NCBI GenBank assembly: GCA_010909165.1
Contig: MU008166.1
Coordinates: forward strand, 682,001 to 746,000
DNA length: 64,000 nt
Source: Anthoceros angustus
Taxonomy: Eukaryota > Plantae > Anthocerotophyta
Reading direction: 5' to 3'
Both the position numbers and the translations under genes were made by a program. How positions within the stretch are numbered: the first letter of the stretch is position 1; every line of letters begins with the position of its first letter. Shown here piece by piece: positions 11,038 to 23,152 of this stretch. The notes beneath the pieces were generated by a model. The model saw nothing but the letters and a program-made list of their open reading frames with translations. It was not told the origin of the DNA and did not search any database.

Positions 11038-12128
11038 TTACGATGAGTCTTCGGAGGCTACGAACATGGAGGACGGCAGGGAGAATTCTTCCTCTTGGCT
11101 CAGAAGCTCCATCTCCTCGTCGTCGGGTTTCTGCACATGACAATATGTGAGATGGTGTGAAGGACGGATAAGAGGGTTAGCACCGGCAGGGGAAGCGTAC
11201 TAACCAGCATTTCCAGATTGTAGAAACGCTCGAGCAGTTGTAGGACTTCCTCAGGGGTGAACCGCTGGTTCAGTCTGCAGACACAGCAGACGTGTTTGAG
11301 TTGAGGACTTCCTTTGATTCTAGGGCTAATGGCTAAGAAAGCAAATGGAGATTGCAAAGGTGTGGAGAGGATGGGGAATTAAACCTTCTCTCCAGATTTT
11401 CCATCAGCCCGTACAGGATGAAGTGTCTATGCATCCCTGCAAGCACTGAAATGGTCAGAGAAGAGCAGTCCAGCATGATAAAGTTCTGGCCCTCAAGTGA
11501 CAAGTCAAACATCCTGCCTAGAACCTGGTTCTGTTAGAGACACTGCGGTTCACACCCTAGCTGCGGGAGAATCTGCTGAAGCTGAACCTAACAGCGGGGT
11601 GACACTGCTAGGAAGTGATGAAAGCATAGCTACCAGCAAACACAGCAACGTTCATGGAAGCCGAAATACTACTAGTAAGAAACTCCGAGCTGCCAGAAGA
11701 CAAGCGGCGGCAGCAGGGATGAACAGGCTGACAGAATACCTTGAAGTTTGGCAGGATGGTATATGTCCAAAGCTTCTAGTAGCCTCAGCTCTACCTCGAC
11801 AGGATGTAAACCCTAGTGTCGGGGATCAATCATCACCACAAAGCATTGAAATGGCGAACTGCAAGCAGCAAGCGAACGAAATGGTGCGCTGGCACGGCCA
11901 CAGCGGGAAACCATAGCCATGGTTCCCCCTGCTTCCAATGCCTCCACAACCGCAGGGCATGCTTAGGTTCTTGTTATCTTGCTTTGCAGCTGGCAGCAAT
12001 TAACCTACTTTCGATGGAGAGGATGCAGAAGAAGGCGGAGCTGTCGCCGGCGTGGCCGGGTCAGTGTGCGAGGAAACAGCTGTTGGTCCCCCGTCTTCTC
12101 CTTTTCCTCCGTTGGTGGAGTCCGTCAT
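11038..12128 (-). CDS. EAF7: EAF7/MRGBP (CT20 family) NuA4 complex subunit, about 5 exons
   Basis: Spliced pieces read MTDSTNGG.. / VEVELRLLEALDIYHPAKLQG / MHRHFILYGLMENLERR / LNQRFTPEEVLQLLERFYNLEML / KPDDEEMELLSQEEEFSLP..SS*; this matches the plant EAF7 motifs. The ORF track shows only fragments. Confidence 0.85.
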
Positions 12129-12632
12129 GGCAGACACTGCCGGAACCTTCTCCTCCGGGTTCGCACGCCGTGGTCTTGGGAAGAGGCGTAGGACACCTAG
12201 CTTCCCAGCAGAAATTTCGCACACAGGCGCTCCACGCGCAACCTCCCTGTAGGTATATGATCGCAATTTCATAACTCACTTCAGCTCATGCAGCTGCGGA
12301 GAGGCGGAGTGAGCGTACCTGCCGCCTGGTGAAAGATCAAGAACTGAATGTTTTGAGGACGAGGCGAGTTTTGTCGAATCCCTTATCCAAGGATATTTGT
12401 GCCTCGGTCCTGGCTGACAGCCAGGATCTCTGACTGAGAATCGCCTGATGCCTGATGAGGGTCGGTTTAGACGTTATCAGTACTGTACAGTAGTGAAACA
12501 GATTCCTTCATGGTATGACATGAGAGATGGCGTTCTCCTGTACTAGGGATGGAATCATGGACAAATGTCATGTTTTTATGTCGTCTGGTCCATGTCCATG
12601 CTACAGTCTGGTATGGAAGTTGGGCCGCTCCC

Positions 12633-13922
12633 TCACTCTCTCCCGGACTCCTGCTCTATAGCTAAGTAGCTTTCCAAAACGGTACCCACAAATTTCTTGA
12701 AGTCGTCCTTGTTTATCTCGCCCCTGGTTTGTGCGTCCTCTTCGGGGAAGACGGTGTCAATTTGTTGTTCTGCTTGCTGCTCGGCGACCAAAGGAGGCAA
12801 ACCCTGGCTGTTGACCATGAACAAGGGCTTCACCTCTTCTCTGTCTAGTTTTCCATCCTGGTTCACATCGAGAGCCCTGAAAAAGCCCTCCGCAATTTCG
12901 TTCACCTTGGCATCGTCTGCCAGCATCTGCGAGGGCAGCAGCAAGTTCATGAAGGCCATGTTAGGGGAGGGTCGGAGAGAGTGGGATCAGAGCTTGGAGG
13001 GAATTGCTTGGCGGACTCACCTCTTCCAACGCTTGTGCCTTGACACATCTTTCTGGATCGAACCCAGGATGTTGTACAATCACGGGGTTCGCCTCCAGGG
13101 TGCTGGCCAGATCTTCCAACATATCCTGAAGCAGGTTTGCAAACTGCGTCTGCCCGATCTCGTCCTCCCCTTCCGCCCCATGCTTCTTGAACAGATCGGC
13201 CAGTAATGTTTCTGCCTCAGGCTTCTCTGCAAAGAGTTGGAATGACTCAGGTAATCTATGGATGGATTTATCTTTGTCACAAAGGGACCAAATTGTTTGT
13301 TTTACTCACCTGCTGGAGTTGGGACACCCAGCTCCACACCCAGCTGGAGCAGGGCTGGTTGAAGCTCACTCCGGCTTAGCTTCCCATTCTCGTCCAGATC
13401 CAGTTTGGTGAAGAGAGTTTCAGCTAGAACTGCAAAGTCATCTTCATCTTCTAGCAGGTCTCTGATAGCAGATCCGTCCAAGGCTGACACCACAAGTCGA
13501 TTCCCTGCCACCAACAGAAGCAATCCGTAAGCAGCAGTGGGGGCTTAAGATCATATATAACGCCTTTCCAATCCAGTCAACCCTTCGAGGTTGTTCGCCA
13601 GATCGAAGGATCTACCTTCCAGATCATCTGCCAGCGCACCCAAATACTTTTCCACTACTCCCCAGAACTCCGTCAGCTTCAGTTCATCCTGGAGCCCGAC
13701 AATGCCTTCAAACAGCCCATCCAGGCGCTCAGCAGGCAGCTCAACTCCCAGTAGCAGAATAGTAGCTTCTGCATCAGCCACCTCTTTTGCTTGCTTCCCG
13801 GTGAGCAAGCCCTTGCCCTCCACATCCAGATCTGCAAACCTCTTGGCCACCCGGGGTTCCAGCTCCGGCAGAGCCTTGCGGATCTGGGAGCCGTCCAGAA
13901 AAATGTATCCGTCTTCTGCCAT
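12633..13922 (-). CDS. Calcium-binding EF-hand protein (family of Arabidopsis At5g28830-like proteins), 4 exons
   Basis: MAEDGYIFLDGSQIR..; VVSALDGSAIRDLLEDEDDFAVLAETLFTKLDLDENGKLSRSELQPALLQLGVELGVP; KHGAEGEDEIGQTQFANLLQDMLEDLA; EF loops DLDENGKLSRSE and DVNQDGKLDREE; GT-AG junctions at about 13616, 13310 and 13020/12929. Confidence 0.8.
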
Positions 13923-16316
13923 CCTTGCTCCGAGATCTGGCCTTACAAGAAATATGTGCACCTGATCTACAGCTGCCTATTGCGTGCTCGGATGTAGGGC
14001 AAAGCAGGGAGGAAGTAGAAGTGGTAGTGCAGTGAATCGAGTCCCAAGACATATATCGAGGACTGGGACTGAGCATGAAAGGAGGCGGAAGGTCAGGCTG
14101 CAGAAAGGCCAATTCCACAAGCCTGGACCTCATGTTGTCTATTTTTGGCACAGTTCCAGCTGCAAATCAGGCACAAGGCACCCGCTCGTCAATGGATGGG
14201 TGTCTCTCATAGAAGCTTATCACTCCTCATGGGGTGTACCAGTTATTCTGGAGGCAAGGAATATCACATACTCCAGGCTCCTACAGCTACATGAAATGTC
14301 AATGTTCCCCAGTTCCGCTCTTGTGCTGATTTTTCTGTCTACCTTCACACTGTGCAGAACCATGACCGATTCTGGAGCTTCTTCCGACGAATCAGATTCA
14401 TGGCAAGTAAAAAAACCTGCATGGTGACGCCACCATTACATCACCTTTTTCTTAGTACTGTAGGGCAAGGCACCACTAACCCCTAAATCTGAGGGCTTGT
14501 TCGTTCTTCAAGATTAGAGAAGCAAGCCGGCAGGGCAGGAAGGCCCCAAGACTTAAAAGTCTGCTTGCCGAACCACTAAGCAAGTGCGATCACAGTACCC
14601 CCATTTCCACTCGGACAAAAATCTTCACAATAGCCACATTTCGGAGGATCAGCTGGCTCTCAAGTCCACCTCCAAAAACTCCCAATAGCCGCCATGGAGC
14701 CCACAACCCTGTTCGCCGTGCCCGCTCTTCTGATATTGAAGACGAAGCAAATCAAGAGCCTGAGAACCAGTCAGAGATGTGACATATCCATGAATCCGGG
14801 TGACTTCCCTTGACAACAGAAGAAGCCGGGCTCTTCCCTTAGCAGGAAATCCTTCGCAGGCTTACGACTGCATGGGCAAGGTATCGCTAAGATTTCGCAG
14901 GCTGACGACTGCATTGGCAAGGCATCGCTAAGTCTCCTCGCACCTCGCACTTGCATCCCCAGTTGGAATCGGGACACTGCAGGGTTATTATGCAGGCCAA
15001 GCTGTGGTGGTGAATAGGTGATGGGTATGTCAGCCACGGACCATTCCGCCATGGGAATGCAGAATGACATGTATGTAGCATGTATGGTGGCTAGGTTGCC
15101 TACAGAAGATGTTCCATCAGGCAGTCCAGCAGATGTTTCATCATGTTCCATGTCCAGGACAGCAGGCAGTGTTAGCAGCCAAGCCTGGCAGGAACGCTCT
15201 CTACACAACGACGAGGCCAACAACAGCCCGTCAGTCTGATGTGCACTCAGCAGGGAATCCGATCCCAGCCCAATTGCATTCTACAGGACCTGCACCTCTA
15301 TCTATTGAGGGCTTTCTTATGATCTCATAGCCGAAAGCTCTGGCCATCATAAACAAGCAGAGCCCTCTCCAGCCAACTCCTAACAGCGGGATAGAACTTA
15401 CTCCTAAGATGTGAGACCTAGACATTACTTATTGCTACTAAGATAGGAGTCCTATCCTGGGCTATCCTGGTGGGTTTAGGGCATGCCTCTCTTCGCACTG
15501 CAGGATGGCAAAATTTCATTCTGCCCCTCACAGTATTCGTATGAGGGACTGGGTGAAACAAAGACTCACAGATTCCAGCATTTGGGAGAATTGTGGATCA
15601 GATATGAGATAAAAGACATCTGCACCCACCCCGTTCTCGAAGCTGACGTCGTCACTTAGACTGACTTGTGCGGTTGTGCAAAACAAAACACAAGCACAGA
15701 GTCAGCAAAAGAAGAGGTGAGATGGAACCTAGTGTTGTGTTTCGTTCAAACAAAATTCACAACACAACGAAAGCACGTCAGCTCGAAGAGCAGGGAAGAT
15801 AAAAATTTACACGTCCTTCGTCATAGGAGCAATCCTTGGATTTCACCACCCCGGAAGTGATCAGGCCTTTCCAGTTCATTGATCTACAGGACATAAGCAC
15901 CAAGATCAGTACGCATCAAGCAAGAATCGCTCACTCATCAGTCTTGGACTCTTGATCACCTGAAGGAGCCGTTGTTCGCCTCCCTCCGATTTCAGGCACG
16001 AGCGAGCGTGGCAGCTTTGCCTCTGCAAGGGGCAGCATTTCTCATGAAAGTGCTGACACCACAGTAGATGCCAGAGTCTCTCTGATTGTAGCGAGAACAC
16101 CTTACGTACAGAAAGCACTTGCTTTACAGTCCTTCATGCTGCAGTGGCGGTTCCCGAATCCCCGGTCACCACTGTCCACCCTCCAGCACGTCCCAACGGC
16201 ACTGCAGGCATTTTCTAATATTACCGCAGCTCCATTTGTGAAGCCTGCATTCCTGCGACAAGAGGCCGGAGCTGGACAGCCGGGAAGCGGTAGCGGAGGA
16301 GCAACAGCCGCATCAC

Positions 16317-17772
16317 ATGGAACTGCGGGCAGCCTGGACGCTTCTCGCGCTTTTGTGGGCGGTGGCTGCCGGGAATGGAGCTCCTTTGGAGCCCGATTTC
16401 TCCGTCTGCAAGATCCTGCGCCTGCCGTCTGTGCTGGCCAGCCCGTCGGGGAACCGCAATCTGGACTGCTGCAAGCTGGAGGCGCTCATGCGGCCCGTCC
16501 CGGCCTACAAGACCTGGGAGCAGTATCTGCGGCAGAGCCCGCTCCCGAGGCGGCCGCGGGTGAGGCCCGCGGCGCATTCGGTGGCGGGGAACGAGACGTA
16601 TCTTGCGCAGCTCAACAGAGCTTACCAGCTGCTGATGGATCTGCCGCCCACCGACCCCGCTCCCTCGACCAGCAGAGCAACTTCCACTGCATGTACGGGA
16701 GCTCCGGGGTGAGCCATCAGGCGGGGCGGGCCGATCTCAACTACCTCATCCACATGAACTGGCTCTTCTTCCCCTTCCACAGATGGTATGCCGAAGCCTT
16801 GGTTGATTCTCGTTGTTGGGTTGCTGTTTCTGCTGCCCAGTGGGATCTTGAAGGCTTGTGTGGGGCGGGAATGGAGCCTGCAGGCAGACCTTCTTCCACG
16901 AGCGGATTCTGGCCAAGCTGCTGGGAGATGAGAGCTTTGTGCTGCCGTTCTGGAACTGGGATGATCAGCGTCCCGGGGATGGGTTCCTTCCCAATGTCAT
17001 GCCTCACTATTTCCGGGACCCGGAGAAGTACCCTGCGCTGTACCACAAGAACAGGGATGCCAGGCACGCGCCGGGAGCCCCGCCTGCCATCATCAATCTC
17101 GTCAAGGAGTCGGTGAGAAGGAAGACGGTGATTGCGGACGAGGACGAAGCCCGGGAGCTAAACAACGAGCATTTGTGGAGCGTGATTGTGAACAGCACGG
17201 CTGGGGGTGAGAGAGAGCCCTTCATGTCGTACCCGCTCAGGGCAGGAGAGAATGCGCCCAACCTGTTCAACTGGGCCACGGCCGATGTCACCTTCGAGGG
17301 CCTGGCGCACACCGCAGTGCATTTCTGGGTGGGAGACGGCGGTCGGCAGTATGCGGATATGGGAGTGGCTGCTCTGGCTGTGAGGGATCCTCTCTTTTTC
17401 ACCCACCACGCAAATGTGGATCGGATCTGGAATGTCTGGCAGGTAAGGAACAAGCTGGCTCCTGCCGTGCTTCCTTCTGTTGGGCACTTTGTGTTGAGGT
17501 GAGAGTTCTGATCTCTGTCCTGTGTTGGACTGCAGGGTCTGGAAGGAAGGGGCAACTTCGACGACCCTGATTGGCTGGATGCTGCCTTCTACTTCTACGA
17601 CGAGTACGGTGAGATTGTGAGAGTGACTGTGGCCGAAAGCCTCAATTCTGACCTCCTGGGCTATACATTCCAACAAGTGGACAATCCTTGGGTGACCTAC
17701 AAGTCGTCGGGACCCTCCGACCTTCAGTCAGGCGCTGGCAAGGCCGATCACCTGCAGCGAGCTGCCAGATAA
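16317..17772 (+). CDS. PPO: Polyphenol oxidase / tyrosinase (type-3 copper) with signal peptide; 3 exons (16317-16785, 16884-17442, 17536-17772); one -1 frameshift in a C-run at 16655-16658
   Basis: CuA HCMYG..IHMNWLFFPFHRW; PFWNWD; CuB EGLAHTAVHFWVG..DMG..RDPLFFTHHANVDRIWNVW; DWL domain FDDPDWLDAAFYFYDE. Adding one C gives 1266 nt, or 421 aa. Confidence 0.88.
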
Positions 17773-17854
17773 CAGCAGCATGTGCAGCAAGCAGCTTGGA
17801 CAGTGCTAACTTATTGCCCTACTCCTACCTTATGTATTTGGAAAGTCCTCATGC

Positions 17855-18060
17855 TCGAAGAAGAAAAGAAGTATATCACAGTAATCCACTTCCTGTCGTG
17901 GCACTCGGTACTTCACAACCTGTGCCATGGGTGTGGCTAAGCTCCTTGGGCACCCACTCCCTTTAGGCACCCCATCTAAGTACCGATCTAAGTGAATGGA
18001 TGCGTAATAAGTGCGTTCTCAAAAATGTGTGTCCATTTTGTTCTAATGTATGGTTAGAGA
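17855..18060 (-). mobile_element. Diverged copy of the (TTC)n-tailed SINE-like repeat
   Basis: agaagaaaagaag..ctccctttaggcaccccatctaagtaccgatctaag..gtgtgtccattt matches the 61.8-kb copy. Confidence 0.6.
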
Positions 18061-18899
18061 GTGTGACGTAGAGCTGCACACCATTTTGATTGCCGAGATT
18101 GGGCAACCACATTATTCTAGATAGATAGATGATTATTGCTGATGGCCTTTTCAGAAAGATGGGCCACTGACTTGGAAGTGTGTCTGTTGCTTTGCCCTGC
18201 TGCTTCCGATCAAGGCAACTGAGATCCTCCGAAATACTTGCACTTCAAGAGCTGCATCTTGCCGTATAGGACGCGATGCGTGTGTCTGAACTATGGTCGC
18301 AATGCTGTGCGACCTCGGTTTCCAAGCATTGCAAGCTCACTTCCTGCCGGCTTGAGAACAAGCCCTGTGAGGCGGTGTGTTTGTTACCACGACATCCAAG
18401 CACGCCAGGCTCACTGTGCTTTGCTGAACTCTCCTGGGTGACCAGAGCAGAGGTCTTTTTTGCTTAGGAAAATGATAGCAGATGCTAGGAGACTAGGGAT
18501 GAGCCTGAAATTTTGTGAGGGCGTACACCGCCTGCTGGTCGGTTGTTGATAAAGTTTGCTCAAACTGCTGTGGAACAGTTTTTGCTAGCCACCTCAAGAT
18601 GCTCCTACCCGTGACCTTGGACATGGCATCGTCCTGGCGCCTTGAAAAGTATTCATCCAAGCTATGGAGTCCGAAACTTTTTCAGACTACTTGCAAGGAA
18701 GGATAGAGGGCGTCGGCCTGGTAATTGTGCCGCAGAGGATTGTCCCTAATTATTTTCCTAGATTTAATAACGCTTAATCGGCCAAAAAGATGGAAAACCC
18801 GATTAGGTGTTTCGGGGTTAAAACAGGTAGAGGACATCGAAGGATCTATATGTATGCTCCGACGGCCTCTGTGAGCTTTCCATGCCGTGAGAGGCCTTT

Positions 18900-19130
18900 T
18901 CAATCCCCATGTGGGATGATGGTGGAAGCTCACGCGAAGGTGTTGCGATCATGCAGTTGAGTGAAGACCTGCATTGCTTCCACCAACATGCTATGACAAG
19001 GATACAGACGAATGATGTGGTTGCCCAGAAAAGGGACGGTGCCTTCCCACTGGCAACAGCGAGAGCTTACACCGGCTTGCCATGAACTATATCTCCGAGT
19101 GCGGGACAAGAAGGCACCTGTTGAGCACAG
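18900..19130 (-). pseudogene. Decayed PPR fragment (L and S motif remnant)
   Basis: Minus-strand frames give VLNRC..GDIVHGKPV*ALAVASG and FLGNHIIRLYPCHSMLVEAMQVFTQL, resembling VLKLC..GRRVH..YLGNHILRMY..EAMDVFT of the neighbouring gene; stops and frameshifts are present. Confidence 0.45.
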
Positions 19131-19445
19131 GACCCAGTTCGCGGTGCTCTGGCATGTAGAAATATAGCTCCTGCCTTATCACCGCCACCCTTCTGCTCCT
19201 GCCGCTGTCATGCGGGCAAAAGTGGGCATTGAAACCAGTAGATTTGCCACACCAGCTGATTTGATCGAATGTCCATTCTGCACGACCAAGATTTATGACA
19301 GCATCTCGGCTTTATCAACTGTAATTGGATCTTGGATGCCTTCTGGCTGACAATAAGTGGCCGGAGGAAAAGTCGGGAGAATCCTATGTACTACGGCCTC
19401 AACAGTTTGTTTTGCTCCTCATCTTCGAAGAGCGGGGCATGTAAC

Positions 19446-22400
19446 ATGGCCACAGTATGGCAACCGGATCCGTTGTGGACTCAACAAATGGGTGAGTGTA
19501 CAGGGATTCTGATGAAAGGGAGTGAACTATTGGGAAACAACCAAGCCGCCAGGTGCAACAGTGTAAGGAGTCCAGCCCCTCCACTTCAAAGGAAATCTGT
19601 GGATCATGGGGCTCGATTCTCCAGCGATGTTCGTCGAAAGGAGCAGGAGCAGGAGCAGGAGCTCTTGTGGCAACAATTTTTCTGGGATCCTACCATGTGG
19701 CGGGACAACAGGCGAGAAAAGAAGAGCTCCCGTTCGCCTGACTTCCGGCGTAAGGTGTCAGGCGGAGAGGTCCTCTGGTTGAACAACATTTTCAAGCCAG
19801 CTTGGGTGGATGAGCAGCTCGTTTCTTTGGATACGCAGATGGGTCATAGTGCCTCTCCTTCCAGTTTCAGCTCTCCGGATAAGCCTGAGCCTGGCAGGCG
19901 TACAGGATCTGAAATGGGTGTCGTAACGGCTGGAACCGTGAGCATGTTATGTCAGCAGGGGAAGCTTTCTGAGGCCGTCGGAGCCCTGGAATCTCTGGCG
20001 CAGACCGATTCTGCTGTTTCTCAGTCTCTGTTTTACACCGTGCTAAAACTGTGTGCAGCTAAGAAGGATCTGGTTGTGGGGCGACGAGTTCATGATCTCA
20101 GTGTCAAACTTGGGTACGAGTCGGATGCATACTTGGGGAACCATATCTTGCGCATGTATGCATCTGGAGGGAGGCTGCAGGAGGCCATGGATGTGTTCAC
20201 CAGGGTTGGCAAACCAAATGCCTTCATGTGGTTTTCCATAATCTCTGCACATGCCAAGCATGGCAAACCTAATGAGGCCATACAACTGTACCATGAGATG
20301 CGTAGGACAGGAGTGAAGCCGGATGGTCACGTCTTTGCAGCTGCCCTTCAAGCTTGTGCATTTGCCACCGACTTGGAATCTGGCCGACGAGTGCACTGTG
20401 ATGTGGTGCAGAGTGGCATTCCTACTAACTTGTTTGTTGGCAACTGCCTGGTGGGCATGTATGCAAGATGTGGCGAACTGAAAGAAGCACGCCATGTTTT
20501 TGACAGCATGGCCAGAAAAGATGTGGTGACATGGAATGCCCTGATATCTGGGTATGTAAAATGTGGTGAACTGAAAGATGCACGCCAGGTTTTTGACAGC
20601 ATGGCCACAAAGGATGTGGTGACATGGAATGCCCTGATAGCTGGGTATGCACAGCAAGGGCTTGGACAGAGGCGCTTGTGTATGGACAAATGGAGCAGGA
20701 GGGCTCATTTTGGCTGACCATGTTACTTTTGCTTGCCTTCTGAAGGCCTGTGCAAGCACTGGTGCCTTACAGAAGGGCAGGCAGCTGCACTCTGATTGTC
20801 GAAAGAGGACTGCTGGACGACGTGGTGGGCAACTGCCTGGTGGACATGTATGCAAAATGTGAACTGAAAGATGCACGCCAGGTTTTTGACAGCATGGCCA
20901 CTGTGGTGACGTGGAATGCCCTGATATCTGGGTATGTAAAATGTGGTGAACTGAAAGATGCACGCCAGGTTTTTGACAGCATGAACACAAAGAATGTAGT
21001 GACATGGAATGCCCTCATAGCTGGGTATACTGAGCAAGGGCTTGGACACGGGGCGCTTGATGTGTATGGACAAATGGAGCAGGAGGGTCTCATTTTGGCT
21101 GACCATGTTACTTTTGCTTGCCTTCTAAATGCCTGTGCAAGCATTGGTGCCTTACAGAAGGGTAGGCAGCTTCACTCACTGATTGTCGAAAGAGGACTGC
21201 TGGACGACGTGGTACTTGGCAACTGCCTGGTGGACATGTATGCAAAATGTGGCGAAGTGAAGGATGCACGCCAAGTTTTTGACGGCATGGCCACAAAGAA
21301 TGTGGTGACGTGGAATGCCCTGATATCTGGGTATGCCAAATGTGGTGAATTGAAAGATGCACGCCAGGTCTTTGACAGCATGAACACAAAGAATGTGGTG
21401 ACATGGAATGCCCTGATAGCTGGGTATACTGAGCAAGGGCTCGGACATGATGCACTTGTTCTGTATGGACAAATGGAGCAGGAGGGGCTGATTTTAGCTG
21501 ACCGTGTTACTTTTGCTTGCCTTCTGAAGGCCTGTGCTATCACCGGTGCCTTACAGAAGGGCAGGCAGCTGCACTCACAGATCGTCAAAAGAGGACTGCT
21601 GGATGACGTAGTGGTGGGCAACTGCCTGGTGGATATGTATGCAAAATGTGGTGAACTGGAGAATGCACTCCGGGCTTTTGAAAGCTTGGCCACAAAGGAT
21701 GTGGTGACATGGACGGCGCTGATTGGTGGGTATGCGCAGCAAGGACTCGGCCAAGAGGCGCTTGTTGTGTATGCACAAATGGAGGAGGAGGGCCTCATTT
21801 TGGCTGACTATGTTACATTTGCTTGCCTTCTGAAGGCCTGTGCAAGCACTGGTGCCTTACAGAAGGGCAGGCAGCTGCACTCACAGATTGTCGAAAGAGG
21901 ACTGCTGGATAACGTAGTGTTGGGCAACTGCCTGGTGGACATGTATGCAAAATGTGGTGCACTGGAAGATACACGCCGGGTTTTTGACAGCTTGGCCACA
22001 AAGGATGTGGTGACATGGAATGCCCTGATATCTGGGTACGGTACTTGTGATGATGGTCACAGAGCACTAGCTTGTTTTGAGGAAATGTTAGTTGCCGGCA
22101 TTCAGCCTGATGGTGTCACTTTTACTTGCCTTCTAGCAGCGTGCAGTCATGAAGGACTGGTTCACGAGGGTCGCAAGCACTTTGATTCCATGGCTGAACA
22201 GCATGGCATCACACCTTCTATTGAACATTGCATTTGCATGATTGATCTTCTTGGGCGTGCTGGCTATTTAGATGAGGCTGAGAACATGCTCTTATCATGT
22301 GAGGGCCAAAGTAATGTTGTGGGCTTGACATCTTTGTTGAATGCCTGTAAAAGTCACGGGGATATAGAGAGAGCAACGTGGTGTTTTAATAGCATTGTTA

Positions 22401-22921
22401 GGCTGGACCCTCAGCGGGCATCTGCATATGTGCTCATGGCCAATGCCTACGCAGATGCAGGTAGGTGGACCGATGTAGACAGGATTGAAACACAGAGAAG
22501 GCTAGCAGGAGCTAACAAGAAACCTGCAGTGGCAACCATTGAGGTGAAGAAGCAGGTACATACATTTGCAGTGGGAGAAAGAAGGGACGATATTGCTCTA
22601 AAGGTAGAGAACACGAATGCCCGTCTGAAGCAAGAAGGAGGCCACTTACCTCACACACAATTGGTGTTGAAGCCAATGTCTGAGAAGGAAAAGGAAGATT
22701 TGCTTTGTGGGCATGCTGAGAAGTTAGCTCTGGCGTTTGGTCTCTTGAACACTCCAAGTGGGACACCTCTGGTGGTAACGAAGAATCTACGCATGTGCAG
22801 TGACTGCCACAGTTCCACGGAGGTCATGTCAAGGCTTGAACAGAGAGACATAGTTGTAAGGGATGGGTACCGTGTCCATCGATTCGCAAATGGTTGTTGC
22901 AGTTGTAAGGGTCGACCGTGA
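19446..22921 (+). CDS. PLS-class PPR protein with E1-E2 and a DYW:KP (GRP-type) deaminase domain, candidate organellar U-to-C editing factor; frameshifting deletions at about 20665-20800
   Basis: N-terminal extension MATVWQPDP..; about 23-24 P/L/S/SS motifs (VVTWNALISGY.., DHVTFACLLKAC.., GNCLVDMYAKCG..); KKPAVATIEV in place of the PG box; zinc motif HAEKLA..CSDCH; C-terminus CSCKGRP*. Confidence 0.9.
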
Positions 22922-23152
22922 GAAGAATCAAAAAATAACCAGTGCTCCAAGTGTGTCCACGCCAGAGAACATGTATTGCTTTCGGGTTGAATGTGCTTGG
23001 TTAATCCCAACCCTGTCCAAACTGCGACATGGACATCGATGGCTTACTTTCACCTTAGGTATGGATGCAAATAAGAGAACTTATGTTGTAGATCAATTCT
23101 GAAACGACTTTCTTGAGAAAGGAGAGATGGCGTGAGCCCATCTACCATAAGT

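Noticed and set aside
16317-17772. Horizontal transfer or contamination suggested by GC-rich PPO, CML and DREB coding regions
   Set aside because: Spliceosomal introns (PPO), plant-type motifs and seamless plant flanks; high GC3 alone is not evidence.
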